Shown: one piece after another, positions 46,897-56,865 of the stretch | How positions within the stretch are numbered: position 1 is the stretch's first letter | Layout of the letters: each line of letters starts with the position of its first letter | DNA from: Planctomycetota bacterium | Lineage (GTDB): Bacteria > Planctomycetota > UBA1135 > GCA-002686595 | DNA: 64,000 bases | Direction of reading: 5' to 3' | Assembly (NCBI GenBank): GCA_047611405.1 | Contig: JBLFWN010000006.1 | Coordinates: forward strand, 35,610-99,609 | Translations under genes and position numbers: made by a program | Notes under the pieces: model-generated | Told to the model about the DNA's origin: nothing | The model's input: only the letters and a program-made list of their open reading frames with translations | The model's database searches: none

Positions 46897-48945
46897 ATGA
46901 AAGTAATCAACGGCACCAAACATTTATCGCACGCTCTCGCGGCCTTCGTCCTTGCGCCGGTTCCCATGCTGGTGACAGCCACAAACGCACTGGCGCAAGA
47001 GGACAGCGGAATCGAGATTGATGATGCCGATCTGACCGAGATCTCTCTCGAAGACTTGATGAACATCAACTTCGAGGTGACATCAGTCTCGAAGAAGTCA
47101 CAGAGCTTGCGAAAGTCGGCTGCTGCGGTGCACGTGATCACAGCTGAGGACATCCGAAGGGCCGGAGCGACTTCGCTGATGGAGGCCTTTCGCATGGTGC
47201 CGGGGCTCTCGGTAGCTCGCATCAATTCCAGCTCGTACGCGATCTCCTCGCGAGGCTTCAACGGACAGTTCGCAAACAAGATGCTGGTGCTTATCGATGG
47301 ACGCTCGGTGTACACCGGCCTCTTCTCGGGAGTCTTATGGGACCAGCAGGGTGTGATGATGGAGGACATCGCACGAATCGAAGTCATTCGGGGACCTGGC
47401 GCAGCTTTGTGGGGAGCCAACGCCGTCAACGGTGTCATCAATGTCATTACGAAGACAGCGGAGGAAACACAGGGGGGCCTCATCACGACGCTGGTAGGCA
47501 CCGAGGACCTCGGCATAGTTAACTATCGCTACGGTGGCGAAACCGAGAACGGACACTACCGAGTATTCGGCAAGTACGTCTCGCGTGACAGCCTGGCAGA
47601 GTCAGAGAGCGGCATCGAAGACGATTGGGAAAAGGGCCGCGTCGGCTTTCGAGCTGATTGGGCCGAAGGCAGCGACAACTGGACATTCCAGGGTGACTTT
47701 TACCGGCTACGTCAAGAGATCGAGACTACGCAAGTAGCCACTTCAGCTCCCTTCAACCGGCTCGTCCCATGGGGCGGCAAGCACTCGGGCGGGAACCTGA
47801 TCGCGCGCTGGTCCCGAGAGCTCGAAGACAACAGTGAGATTTCGGTGCAAGCCTACGTCGATCGAGCCGAGTTCCGGGTCTCGCAGATCCAAGAGGATCG
47901 GACCAATGCCGACATCGAGTTCCAACACCGCTTGTGGACTCATGCTCAAAATGAGTTCGTTTGGGGCTTCGGCTATCGCCACACGAGCTTTGATACGCAA
48001 GGCACTGAGGGCTTCACTTTTGACCCCGCTGAATCGACGGACAGTCTGCTCAGCTTGTTCGTGAACAACGAGTACCAGTTCATTCCCGACGAGCTGAGTG
48101 TCATTCTCGGAGCCAAGTACGAGCACAACGACTACTCAGGTGACGAGTTCCAACCCAATGCGCGGCTGAGCTGGTCACCCTCAGACGAACGGACGATCTG
48201 GGCGGCAGTCTCGCGGGCGGTACGGACGCCATCTCAGATCAATCACGATTTGATGCTCAACTTGCTGCACGCTCCACCCTCCGCCACAATCCCCTTGGAC
48301 ATGATTTTCGTGCTCAGCGGCAACGAAGACTTCGAATCAGAGGAGCTGATTGCCTACGAGCTTGGATACCGCGAACTGGTGAACAGCGAGCTCTCCGTCG
48401 ATGTGGCTACCTTCTTCAATGAGTACGACAACCTGTCGACTCAAGAATTGGTTGGTTCCCCGACCCCTATCTCTGCCACGACCCTGATTCAGACTGTCGA
48501 GTTCGACAATCTTGGCCGAGGCGAAACCTACGGCGCCGAACTGGCCGCGCAGTGGGTGCCCTCGGAAAATCTGCAGCTACACGTCGGATACAGCTATCTG
48601 CACATGGAGTTGGAGACGACTTCGAAGACTCCGGGGAGCGAAACTTCCGAATCGGAAGACTCCAGTCCTCAGCAACAGGCACACCTGCGGATCTACTACG
48701 ACTTCAACGAGAAGACTGAACTCGACACGGCGCTCTACTTCGTAGACCGACTCGGAACTGGACCGATCGACGGTTACATCCGAGCCGATATCCGCATCGG
48801 GCGCATGTTGAATGACAGCACACAATTGAGTTTGGGCGTACAGGGCCTCTTCCATGACGAGGAACCCGAAGCTGCGACGCAAGCGCTCGGCGGAAATGTC
48901 GAGGTCCAGGCCGGGGCATTCATCTCACTTACGACGAGCTTCTAG
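46897..48945 (+). CDS. TonB-dependent outer-membrane receptor
   Basis: 682 aa with a signal peptide. Plug region: LEDLMNINFEVTSVSKKSQSLRKSAAAVHVITAEDIRRAGATSLMEAFRMVPGLSVARI...IEVIRGPGAALWGANAVNGVINVITK. A long beta-barrel region ends in ...SLTTSF (terminal Phe). Confidence 0.9.
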   Translation: MKVINGTKHLSHALAAFVLAPVPMLVTATNALAQEDSGIEIDDADLTEISLEDLMNINFEVTSVSKKSQSLRKSAAAVHVITAEDIRRAGATSLMEAFRMVPGLSVARINSSSYAISSRGFNGQFANKMLVLIDGRSVYTGLFSGVLWDQQGVMMEDIARIEVIRGPGAALWGANAVNGVINVITKTAEETQGGLITTLVGTEDLGIVNYRYGGETENGHYRVFGKYVSRDSLAESESGIEDDWEKGRVGFRADWAEGSDNWTFQGDFYRLRQEIETTQVATSAPFNRLVPWGGKHSGGNLIARWSRELEDNSEISVQAYVDRAEFRVSQIQEDRTNADIEFQHRLWTHAQNEFVWGFGYRHTSFDTQGTEGFTFDPAESTDSLLSLFVNNEYQFIPDELSVILGAKYEHNDYSGDEFQPNARLSWSPSDERTIWAAVSRAVRTPSQINHDLMLNLLHAPPSATIPLDMIFVLSGNEDFESEELIAYELGYRELVNSELSVDVATFFNEYDNLSTQELVGSPTPISATTLIQTVEFDNLGRGETYGAELAAQWVPSENLQLHVGYSYLHMELETTSKTPGSETSESEDSSPQQQAHLRIYYDFNEKTELDTALYFVDRLGTGPIDGYIRADIRIGRMLNDSTQLSLGVQGLFHDEEPEAATQALGGNVEVQAGAFISLTTSF

Positions 48946-49604
48946 TGTTCAAGATCGCAGCACTCCCCACGCGAGCAAGCCATCGGCACGCTCGCCGCAG
49001 CCGTCCCTCCGCGCGCCCCAAGAGCGTGTGCAGCGGTATAGGCCTCCTGTGTCTAGTCACACTATGCACCGGATTCGCAGGAAAGACGATTGCTCATAGT
49101 CCGCTATCAGCTGCAGCAGCGCGCACCGCTGACAGCGCAACCGAGCACAAACTGAAAGCAGCCTTCCTTTACAATTTCGCCAATTACACGGTCTTCCCAA
49201 AAGGAACTTTCGCGAAAAAGGACTCGCCGCTGGTGATTGCCATCGCAGGCAAGGACCCCTTTGGCAAAATTCTCGAAGCGGTGCTGTCAGGCAAGAAGAT
49301 CAATAAGCATCCGATCTTTTTGAAACGCTTCAGTGACCCGGCCACAGTCAAGGGTGCGAACATTGTCTTCTTCGGTGAGATGCCGAAAGAGAAGCATGCC
49401 GCCCTACTCAAGTCTCTGTACAAGACGGCTGTGTTGACAGTCGGCGTCGACTCGGGTTTCACGCAGCATGGGGGCTGCAGCTCCTTCTACTCCGAGAAGG
49501 GCAAACTTCGCTTCGAGTTCAATGTTGAAGAACTAAAACGAAGCAAGCTCGATGTCAGTTCTCAGCTCCTCAAACTAGCCAGAATCGTGAAGGATAAATT
49601 GTGA
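48945..49604 (+). CDS. YfiR/DUF4154 family periplasmic protein
   Basis: The GTG start overlaps the receptor TAG by 1 nt. Signal-like segment GIGLLCLVTLCTGFAG. Family motif EHKLKAAFLYNFANYTVFP. Confidence 0.85.
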   Translation: MFKIAALPTRASHRHARRSRPSARPKSVCSGIGLLCLVTLCTGFAGKTIAHSPLSAAAARTADSATEHKLKAAFLYNFANYTVFPKGTFAKKDSPLVIAIAGKDPFGKILEAVLSGKKINKHPIFLKRFSDPATVKGANIVFFGEMPKEKHAALLKSLYKTAVLTVGVDSGFTQHGGCSSFYSEKGKLRFEFNVEELKRSKLDVSSQLLKLARIVKDKL

Positions 49605-52024
49605 GGTTCCTGCTTCACCTTTGCTCTCAGTCCCTTCGTTCAAAGGTAACGCTGCTCGTCACACTGTCGTGCATACTGGCGACTGTCGTAGCCGGTGGTG
49701 TCGAGCTGATGCTGAGCCTTCGAGAAGAACGCAGCATGATGCTGCGTGACTTCGAGATTGCCGCCATACATGCCGGCAGGAACTGCGCCGCGCCGTTGAT
49801 GTTCGGCGACACCGCCTATGCGAAGGAAGTCCTGACCGTCTTCGAGAGTGATTCCAACGTGCTATTCGCATGTCTATGGGACGCGGACGGCGCAGTCTTC
49901 GTGACTTCTGGAAACGACGAATGCTCGCCCCAGTACGTCGACGGCCCCACGGCCGTATCGGTAGGATTTACCGACGAAAGCATGGGTGTCGTCAGCACCA
50001 TCAAAGAGAACGGGGAGTCGGTCGGCTCGATCTTCGTTCTGTCCAGCCTGGAGCGTCTTCATGCGGCGAGCACGCGGCACATCTCGGGACTCGTTGGCCT
50101 GATTCTTGGCGCGACCCTGATCGCATCCCTGCTGTCAGCGACCTTGGGCCGCTGGGTCACGACTCCGATCTTGTCCTTGGCGAAAGCAGCAGAGAGCATC
50201 CGCGCTGGTGGAGACTATGGCTTGCGGGCTCCTCGCATCAGTGACGACGAAACGGGAACGCTGACGGCAGCCTTCAACGAGATGCTCGACGAGCTCGAGG
50301 ACCGGAATCGCGAGCTCGGGGAACATCGCTCTAAGCTCGAGGAACAGGTCGAGGAACGCACCCACGAGCTGCAGGAGAGCAACTCTGATCTGATTACTGC
50401 CAAAGATGTCGCCGAAGAAGCAGTACGCGTCAAAGCTGAATTCTTGGCCAACATGAGCCATGAAATTCGCACTCCCATGAACGGAGTGATCGGAATGACC
50501 GGCCTGCTAGCGGACACCACTTTGAGTCTGGATCAGAAAGACATGGTGTCGACCGTCCAGCGCTGCGGCGAGCAACTGCTGACGATCATCAACGACATTC
50601 TCGACTTCTCGAAGCTTGAGTCCGGCAAGCTCGAACTCGAACAGATCCCCTTCGACCCACGCGTAATGGCCGAGGATGTCAGCGAAATGCTGACGCCGAG
50701 TTGTGAGTCCAAGGGCGTCGAACTGCTCTGCAGCGTGCATCCAAAGGTTCCCGATTCCCTGATTGGTGACCCGGCCCGCCTGCGGCAGGTACTGCTCAAC
50801 TTCCTGACCAACGCGATCAAGTTCACAGACAGGGGTGAGGTCGTGGTCGAGCTCAATGTCGAAGACTCCGACGATACGAGCGTCAAGTTGAAGCTTGGCG
50901 TCAAAGACACCGGCGTTGGAATCCCGAAGGACCGCTACGATCGCCTCTTCCACTCCTTCTCCCAGGTCGATGCCTCGACGACGCGCCGCTTCGGTGGAAC
51001 TGGCCTTGGATTGGCCATCAGCGAACAAATCGCACGCGTCATGGGCGGCAGCCTCGGATTCGAGAGTACCGAGGGCGAGGGCTCGTACTTCTGGTTCACA
51101 TGTAGCCTAGAACGAGATACTGAGCATGCGCCGGCCCGCAACCCACTCTCCCCCAGCTTGCGAGGCTTGCGCGTGTTGGTCGTCGACGACAACTTGACCA
51201 ACCGCATGATCCTCGATCGGCAACTACACAGTTGGGGCTGCGATGTCGTGACACTTCCAGAGCCGCGCGACGCTCTGCCTCAGCTTCTCACAGCGCAGGC
51301 GTCAGACTCTCCCTTTGATGTTCTGATCACGGACATGATGATGCCGGGAATGGATGGCCGAGAGCTGGTCTCAGCTGTTCGCAATGACTCGAGCCTCGCT
51401 ACTCTTCGCATCGTGATGCTGACATCACTCTCGATGCACGGCGAAACACAGTCTCTGCAAGACGAAGGCGTCTCTGGCTTCCTTGTCAAGCCAGCCAAGA
51501 GCAGTCGCCTTTACGATTTGCTGGTCACCGACATGATGAACAGCGATGAGAAGACCGCCAAGCAGGAAAAAAGCGCGCCGCCCATCGTAACCGAACATTC
51601 GCTGATCCGGACTGACCTCCGCCGAAGGGTTCAGTTGCTGCTCGTCGAAGATAACTCAGTAAATCAGTGCATCGCCCATGCCTTGCTCAAAAGGATTGGC
51701 TACATGGTGGACATCGTCGACAACGGTCAAGAAGCAGTCGACGCCACCAGGGACCGTGACTACCAGGTAGTCCTGATGGACTGCCAGATGCCAGTCATGG
51801 ATGGCTACACAGCGACCCGCACTATCCGTGCTCGCGAACATGAAGAAGGCAACGGCGAACACCTCGTCATCATTGCGATGACCGCCAACGCGATGCAAGG
51901 CGATCGAGACTTGTGCCTGGACGCAGGTATGGACGACTACATCCCGAAGCCGATCGATTCCAAGCAGCTGTATAGCACGATCACTAGCTGGCTGACGAAG
52001 CTTGAGTTGCCCCAAGCTGGCTAA
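49601..52024 (+). CDS. hybrid sensor histidine kinase/response regulator (CHASE8-like sensor, HAMP, HisKA, HATPase_c, two REC domains)
   Basis: 807 aa; the GTG start overlaps the YfiR stop (GTGA). HAMP: ETGTLTAAFNEMLDEL. H-box: FLANMSHEIRTPMNGVIG. HATPase_c: NFLTNAIKFT, VKDTGVGIP, GGTGLGLAIS. REC1: VLVVDDNLTNR..ITDMMMPGMDG. REC2: LLLVEDNSVNQ..VLMDCQMPVMDG..KPI. Confidence 0.9.
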   Translation: MRFLLHLCSQSLRSKVTLLVTLSCILATVVAGGVELMLSLREERSMMLRDFEIAAIHAGRNCAAPLMFGDTAYAKEVLTVFESDSNVLFACLWDADGAVFVTSGNDECSPQYVDGPTAVSVGFTDESMGVVSTIKENGESVGSIFVLSSLERLHAASTRHISGLVGLILGATLIASLLSATLGRWVTTPILSLAKAAESIRAGGDYGLRAPRISDDETGTLTAAFNEMLDELEDRNRELGEHRSKLEEQVEERTHELQESNSDLITAKDVAEEAVRVKAEFLANMSHEIRTPMNGVIGMTGLLADTTLSLDQKDMVSTVQRCGEQLLTIINDILDFSKLESGKLELEQIPFDPRVMAEDVSEMLTPSCESKGVELLCSVHPKVPDSLIGDPARLRQVLLNFLTNAIKFTDRGEVVVELNVEDSDDTSVKLKLGVKDTGVGIPKDRYDRLFHSFSQVDASTTRRFGGTGLGLAISEQIARVMGGSLGFESTEGEGSYFWFTCSLERDTEHAPARNPLSPSLRGLRVLVVDDNLTNRMILDRQLHSWGCDVVTLPEPRDALPQLLTAQASDSPFDVLITDMMMPGMDGRELVSAVRNDSSLATLRIVMLTSLSMHGETQSLQDEGVSGFLVKPAKSSRLYDLLVTDMMNSDEKTAKQEKSAPPIVTEHSLIRTDLRRRVQLLLVEDNSVNQCIAHALLKRIGYMVDIVDNGQEAVDATRDRDYQVVLMDCQMPVMDGYTATRTIRAREHEEGNGEHLVIIAMTANAMQGDRDLCLDAGMDDYIPKPIDSKQLYSTITSWLTKLELPQAG

Positions 52025-52269
52025 CAAGAGAGGCCCCTGGACTGCCAGGCTTCCGTGTTGAGGGGTTCGAGAGACTCGGCGAGTAGAGGGCAACCATGGA
52101 CCCGTGTTGTCCAGAAACTCGATCGCGGACTAAAGAGGGCATCAGCAGTGACTTGTACCCTTCTGGATCACCGCATGTCAGACATAGCTAACGAAGGAGA
52201 CCTACGCCTTCCCCACAAGGACGGTCATCCCACCTGCTCTTTTTGAGTCTGACACGCGTTGACCATCCG

Positions 52270-52540
52270 TCACACCACCCGCCGATAGTAATTCAGCATG
52301 CCGCCGAACTTTTCAGCGCACTCGATTTCCCCAGCTCTGATTGACGCGCTGCTTTCAATTCGCAGGTTGTCGAGTTCTTGGTGAGCACGTTCAGTGTGAT
52401 CATGCTCAAGATAAGACGTGACCGTCTCTCGAAGGCGCTAATCGCCGAAGAAGATCATCCGGTGCGTGCACTCGGATTTGACCGCTAGCTCGAAGTGCTC
52501 GGTGTAGGCATTGCGATTTGGAGTCATCACGAGTATCGAG
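52270..52540 (-). mobile_element. 3' fragment of a DDE/rve (integrase-core) IS transposase gene, with in-frame stop
   Basis: The minus strand reads ...TPNRNAYTEHFELAVKSECTHRMIFFGD(TAG 52438-52440)RLRETVTSYLEHDHTERAHQELDNLRIESSASIRAGEIECAEKFGGMLNYYRRVV*. This is the conserved C-terminal end of rve_3-type transposases. Only about 85 codons remain. Local GC is visibly lower than in the flanks. Confidence 0.6.
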
Positions 52541-52544
52541 ACCA

Positions 52545-53864
52545 CCTCTCAACATCTCTCCGGTCTGCACATCCCACAGGCGCAGGGCGCCTCGGTAATC
52601 CCCCGAGACGATACGCGCCCCGTCCGTGCTGAATAGCGCTCGCCGACACTCTCCGTGTAGCCCTCGAGCCTAAGGAGTTCCTCACCCGTCATCGCATCGC
52701 GCAGGCGGATCGAATTTACCCATCCATGAGCGACGCGGCTGCCGTCCTCGGTGCAGGCGACCCAGCAGTCTCCCTTTTCTGTCCCCCCCTATTTAGGTCA
52801 GAAGCTCGCAGCTCATGGCGCCGAGCACCACGGTCGTTCCATCCACGAAACCAGTGAAGAGGAGGAGTCTGGCATCCGCGCCAATGGTCCGACTGGCTCG
52901 AGATACCCACCGCTCCTCTCATCCCGATTAACGATTCGCGGAGACGATCCTCGAAAAGCCAAGCTTCGGAAGAACGACAGATTCCTATAACCATAGGTTC
53001 TCTGGCCGTCATCAGGGTCCTTTCATCGTCTCAAGCGGGCGTGCAAGATCACGAAGGCTCAGGCGAGAGATGCCCTCGTTGATGACTTGAAGCTCGTCTC
53101 CCACGGCAGCCGCGAAGACGGAGGCTTGGTCGTAGTATGTCAGTGCACCGTCGTCATGCCCCAGGCGTCCGAGCGCGATGCCAATGTCCGTCAGCGTCAT
53201 GTAGAGCGTCGGGTCGCCGATTCGCTCTTTCGTCTCGCGCGCATCCTGCAGGAATTCGAATGCCCGCTGCGGGTCTCCTGCGCCCGAGTAAACATTGCCC
53301 TGGTTGTTGAGGAGCAACGCGCACTGCAACGCATTGCCCTGTTCCTCGGCGATCAGAAAGCTGGGCGAATAGCAGACAACGGAATCGTCAAATTGTCCCA
53401 ACCCCTTGTAGATCAGGCCAAGGTTCAAGAGTGCGGACTCTCCGCTTCTGGATCGCCCCCATCTATGCAGATATTGAGACACTGATTGAACAACCCCGAC
53501 GCAATTGAGTTCTCGCCTAACTTGCTCAGGCAGAGACCTAGCGTATTCAGGTTGCGTAGCAGCGACGGCTGTGCAGCATGCTCGCGGGTCAGAACCAAGG
53601 ACGACTCAAGCTCCGCGCGCGCGTTCGCAAATTGACGTGAGTCCAGTAGGACGTACCGAACTCAAGCCGAAGCCTGCCCTCTTTCTCTGGACCATGAAGC
53701 TGCTCGAGCAGCTCTAGTCCATGCCCGGCAAGCGACTGCGCATCCACCAATGCCAGCGCCTACCTATTCGTGAGGCGTTGCAGAATTTGATCGATGGTGA
53801 GCTCGTGCGTTGCTTGCGAAGCAGGAGGAACGGCTACGCACGTGAGCAGGAGGAGGCAGAGCAC
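52545..53864 (-). pseudogene. secreted TPR-repeat plus WD40-repeat protein, decayed and 3'-truncated by the IS fragment
   Basis: GTG 53864 gives VLCLLLLTCVAVPPASQ...RLTNR, then an in-frame TAG at 53760-53762. TPR-like stretches lie in shifting frames (LLDSRQFANARAELESSLVL, ALLNLGLIYKGLGQFDDSV, ORF 53012-53482). WD40-like repeats (DGSRVAHGWVNSIRLRDAMTGEELLRLEGYTESV, FSTDGARIVSGDYRGALRLWDVQTGEML) contain an in-frame TAA at 52793-52795. The coding frame ends at the IS junction. Confidence 0.5.
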
Positions 53865-54135
53865 AACGGGATATCAACCAGGGCTGGGAACAGCTCTAGG
53901 CCGAGGGTCTTCAGACCACAACCGAAGGAGACACCGTGCCACCTAGACCCTACGAGTCTCCGAAGTGAGAGCAGCCCCCCCCCACACAAAACCCGACCCG
54001 AGGAAATGCCCTCTGGATGCACGCACTAGCTGTAACCAAACGCAGACACTCCGGACAATACGAGGTCGCGTTGAATCACCGGGCGTCACTTCGAGTGCCA
54101 CTCATACCTGAGATTCTAAACAGGCGAGCCGACAG

Positions 54136-56865
54136 TCACTCCTCTTTGTCTTCCCCGGCATTGCCCAAGCCGCGAAGTTCCCTGCGAGTCTTCGGATCGA
54201 CGCCTTTGTGGAAGTTCGACATGAGCGAAGGCCTGCGCACCTTCCATGCTTCAATCAGTTGCTCGAACGGACTGCTATCGACGGTACCCAACAAGTTGGT
54301 CGTCTCGTGGGGATCGGACTCCAAATCATATAGCTCGGTTGGATAGCGATCGCCCTCGTACAGTATCAACTTCCAACTCCCCTCATATACGCACCATGCC
54401 TGGATACGCTCTTCCTCAGTCCGTGACTTGCGCGTCATGCGATTCTCGGAGAACGCGGGTCTTTCCTCCCAAGCCCCACCAACGAGTAGCGGGACCAAGG
54501 AGTGGCCGTGAACACTGCTCGGAATCGACACGCCGACGAGTTCCATGATGGTCGGCATGATGTCGATCGACTGCACGCGGGCAGGCTTGACACCAGCGCT
54601 CTCCAGTCCTGGCACTCGCATAACCAGTGGCACTTTCAGTAACTCGTCATAGAGCGAGTGATCGTGCCCCTTCTCGCCGTGCTCGAAGAACTCGTCACCA
54701 TTGCCTGAGGTCAGCACGATTAACGTGTTCTCGAACAGCTCCCGTTTCTTCAGCTCAGCAATCAAAGCACCGATGTGCTGGTCAACCCATCCGATCTCGC
54801 CGTCGTAGAGTGCTATGACGTGCTCGAGATCGCGTTCACTCATTTCATCCGTGACGGATGGGTTGCGAATGAAGTCATCCGAATGGATCGACCCAGTATA
54901 ATCCGGGTCGAACTTCGTGTCGAAGGGGGCCGGCGGCAGATAGTCGTAGTGCACGTCCCAGTAGTGCAGGAACATGAAGAAAGGCTCTTGGACAGCGGCC
55001 AGAGCCTGCACTGCCTTCTCGTTGATATCGGGGCTCGTGATTGCCCCGTAGCTCTCTTGGTGACCGCCGCCAGCATTGCTGTCGTCATAGACGTCGAAGC
55101 CCCGGTCCAAGCCGAATTTCTTTTGCATGAATGGGCCGCTGACGATAGCTCGGGTATCGTAACCCTCGCCCCTCAAGGCTCGCGCCATCGTGGTGACCTT
55201 GCGAACCATGCGCCGCTTGCCATCAGTCGCATTGTGCGCGCGAGGGTAGAGCGAGGTGAGCAGCGATGCATGCGACGGCAGCGTCCAAGGTGCCTGTGCA
55301 ATCGTGTTAAGAAAGACCGTGCCTTCCGCCGCCAGAGCATCGATAGACGGGCTCGTGTCCCGCGAGTAGCCATAGCACCCCAAGTGATCGGCGCGCAAAC
55401 TGTCGATCGAAATCAGCAGTACATTCGCCCCAGGAGCCCGCGCCGCGAACTCATCTGCTTCACCTTTTTCATAGCTGAATGGAATGAAGTGAATGAAGCA
55501 TGCGATAAGACCAGCGAGCACGGGCCCGATGAACGCAACGCGCATCATGGACCGTTGAGTACCCAGGTTAGACTTCCAGCTGAGCGCCCCATACACCGCG
55601 AAAGGGATCAAGAGCGGCATAATCGGCAAGCGATACCGAGAGCCCGAAATCACCAGGATGCAAATTAATGCATGGCCGAAGATTGCCGTTTGCATCAAGG
55701 CTCGCGCCTTATTCGGTGGCCGGTGAAACAACCCCAACAAGCCGAAGAAGAGTGCAGCCATTGCACTCAGCAGAGTCGCAGCGACAATCAGCTCTGCAAT
55801 CAATGGCGGCAATGCCGGGTAACGCCCCGTTCGAGCTTTGGTGACCGCTGCCGAGGTAGGATTGAACATCTCGAAGATGCGAATCCCAGTGTTTCGAAGG
55901 TACCGCAGTGGGTGCTCGAAGACGAAGGTGATAGCGGCGCGAACTTCTTTTTGATTCGTCAACGCGATGTTGTCCTCTTGGACCCTGTCGCGGTACGGCA
56001 CATCACCCTTGAGATCGTTCAGTTCCTCGTGCCGTTTGACCCTCTGTCCTATGTCGTGATTCTCGGGTCGTACGGCGTTCAGATTCTTGTACAGCACGTT
56101 CCCGGCATTGCTGTCGATCAACAGGAAGTGCCCATAGCGCGTCGTATTCCGAATGCTCCAGGGCAGGATAACCAGGGCTGTCCCCATGGTCAGTGCAAGC
56201 GCGCTCCAGAATCGGCGGCGCGTCGCTTTGCCATCAGACAGTAGGAGCCAAAGGATCAAGAGTGGAAGCTGCGTGACGAACACGGACCGCGTCAGTGCTG
56301 CAAGTCCTCCGACCAAGCCCGCTATGAATGCTCTCTTGCTGCTGATCTCCTTTCCGCCGCCTGCCAATATGGCCAAGACCGACAGCATGAAAAACAAGTA
56401 GATCGTCTCGGAGAAAAAGTACTGAGTGTAAGCGACCAACGCCGGGTAGAAGGCCACGACACCAGCGGCTATCAGTGCGAGTCGCTTGTGGAAGGCTCGA
56501 TTCGTTATGAAGAAAACGAGCAAGACTGAGAGCGAACTGAGGATGACCTGGATGGCGCGTACCACATGCTGATGCATGCCCTCACCGAACAAGTTGTAGC
56601 AGGCGGAGATCAGGTACGGCTGGACCGGAGAAGCGTGCGCCTCGTCCCAGTACCTGTTCCGATAGCGAATGGTCCCCTTGGCGGCCAAGTGCTGTGCGCC
56701 TTGCAAGTACAAGCGTTCATCAACCGCGGGTAAGGCCTCGGAAGATGGCAATAGCAGAGCAAGCTTCATGGCCCCGGAGCAGAGGACAAGTAGCATGAGG
56801 ATTCGGAGTGTGCGGGGCGAATCGGCTCCGGTGTGAGAATCGGCCATGGTCGGGTTCAGCAACAA
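54136..56865 (-). CDS. fusion protein: GT39/ArnT-like polytopic membrane glycosyltransferase (N) + sulfatase-like alkaline-phosphatase-superfamily domain (C)
   Basis: 909 aa. The N-half has about 11 TM helices with ArnT/PMT-like features (LYLQGAQHLAAKG..., FYPALVAYTQYFFSETIYLFFM). The C-half has VLLISIDSLRADHLGCYGY and APWTLPSHASLLTSLYP (Thr-type). It is a paralogue of 44977-46488. Confidence 0.85.
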   Translation of the reverse strand: MLLNPTMADSHTGADSPRTLRILMLLVLCSGAMKLALLLPSSEALPAVDERLYLQGAQHLAAKGTIRYRNRYWDEAHASPVQPYLISACYNLFGEGMHQHVVRAIQVILSSLSVLLVFFITNRAFHKRLALIAAGVVAFYPALVAYTQYFFSETIYLFFMLSVLAILAGGGKEISSKRAFIAGLVGGLAALTRSVFVTQLPLLILWLLLSDGKATRRRFWSALALTMGTALVILPWSIRNTTRYGHFLLIDSNAGNVLYKNLNAVRPENHDIGQRVKRHEELNDLKGDVPYRDRVQEDNIALTNQKEVRAAITFVFEHPLRYLRNTGIRIFEMFNPTSAAVTKARTGRYPALPPLIAELIVAATLLSAMAALFFGLLGLFHRPPNKARALMQTAIFGHALICILVISGSRYRLPIMPLLIPFAVYGALSWKSNLGTQRSMMRVAFIGPVLAGLIACFIHFIPFSYEKGEADEFAARAPGANVLLISIDSLRADHLGCYGYSRDTSPSIDALAAEGTVFLNTIAQAPWTLPSHASLLTSLYPRAHNATDGKRRMVRKVTTMARALRGEGYDTRAIVSGPFMQKKFGLDRGFDVYDDSNAGGGHQESYGAITSPDINEKAVQALAAVQEPFFMFLHYWDVHYDYLPPAPFDTKFDPDYTGSIHSDDFIRNPSVTDEMSERDLEHVIALYDGEIGWVDQHIGALIAELKKRELFENTLIVLTSGNGDEFFEHGEKGHDHSLYDELLKVPLVMRVPGLESAGVKPARVQSIDIMPTIMELVGVSIPSSVHGHSLVPLLVGGAWEERPAFSENRMTRKSRTEEERIQAWCVYEGSWKLILYEGDRYPTELYDLESDPHETTNLLGTVDSSPFEQLIEAWKVRRPSLMSNFHKGVDPKTRRELRGLGNAGEDKEE

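Noticed and set aside
46605-47516. Long ORFs antisense to confident genes: 46605-47516, 54775-55668, 35033-35854, 10915-11601, 30447-31097, 17518-18705, 7536-8384 and 33274-33945.
   Set aside because: All lie opposite genes with strong family signatures. Their products are Arg/Ala/Pro-rich, low-complexity 'shadow' translations typical of GC-rich DNA, and no motif is recognisable.
52545-53864. The TPR + WD40 region as a STAND/Avs-like anti-phage NTPase.
   Set aside because: No P-loop/NB-ARC segment was found in any frame, the N-terminus looks like a secretion signal, and the gene is decayed.
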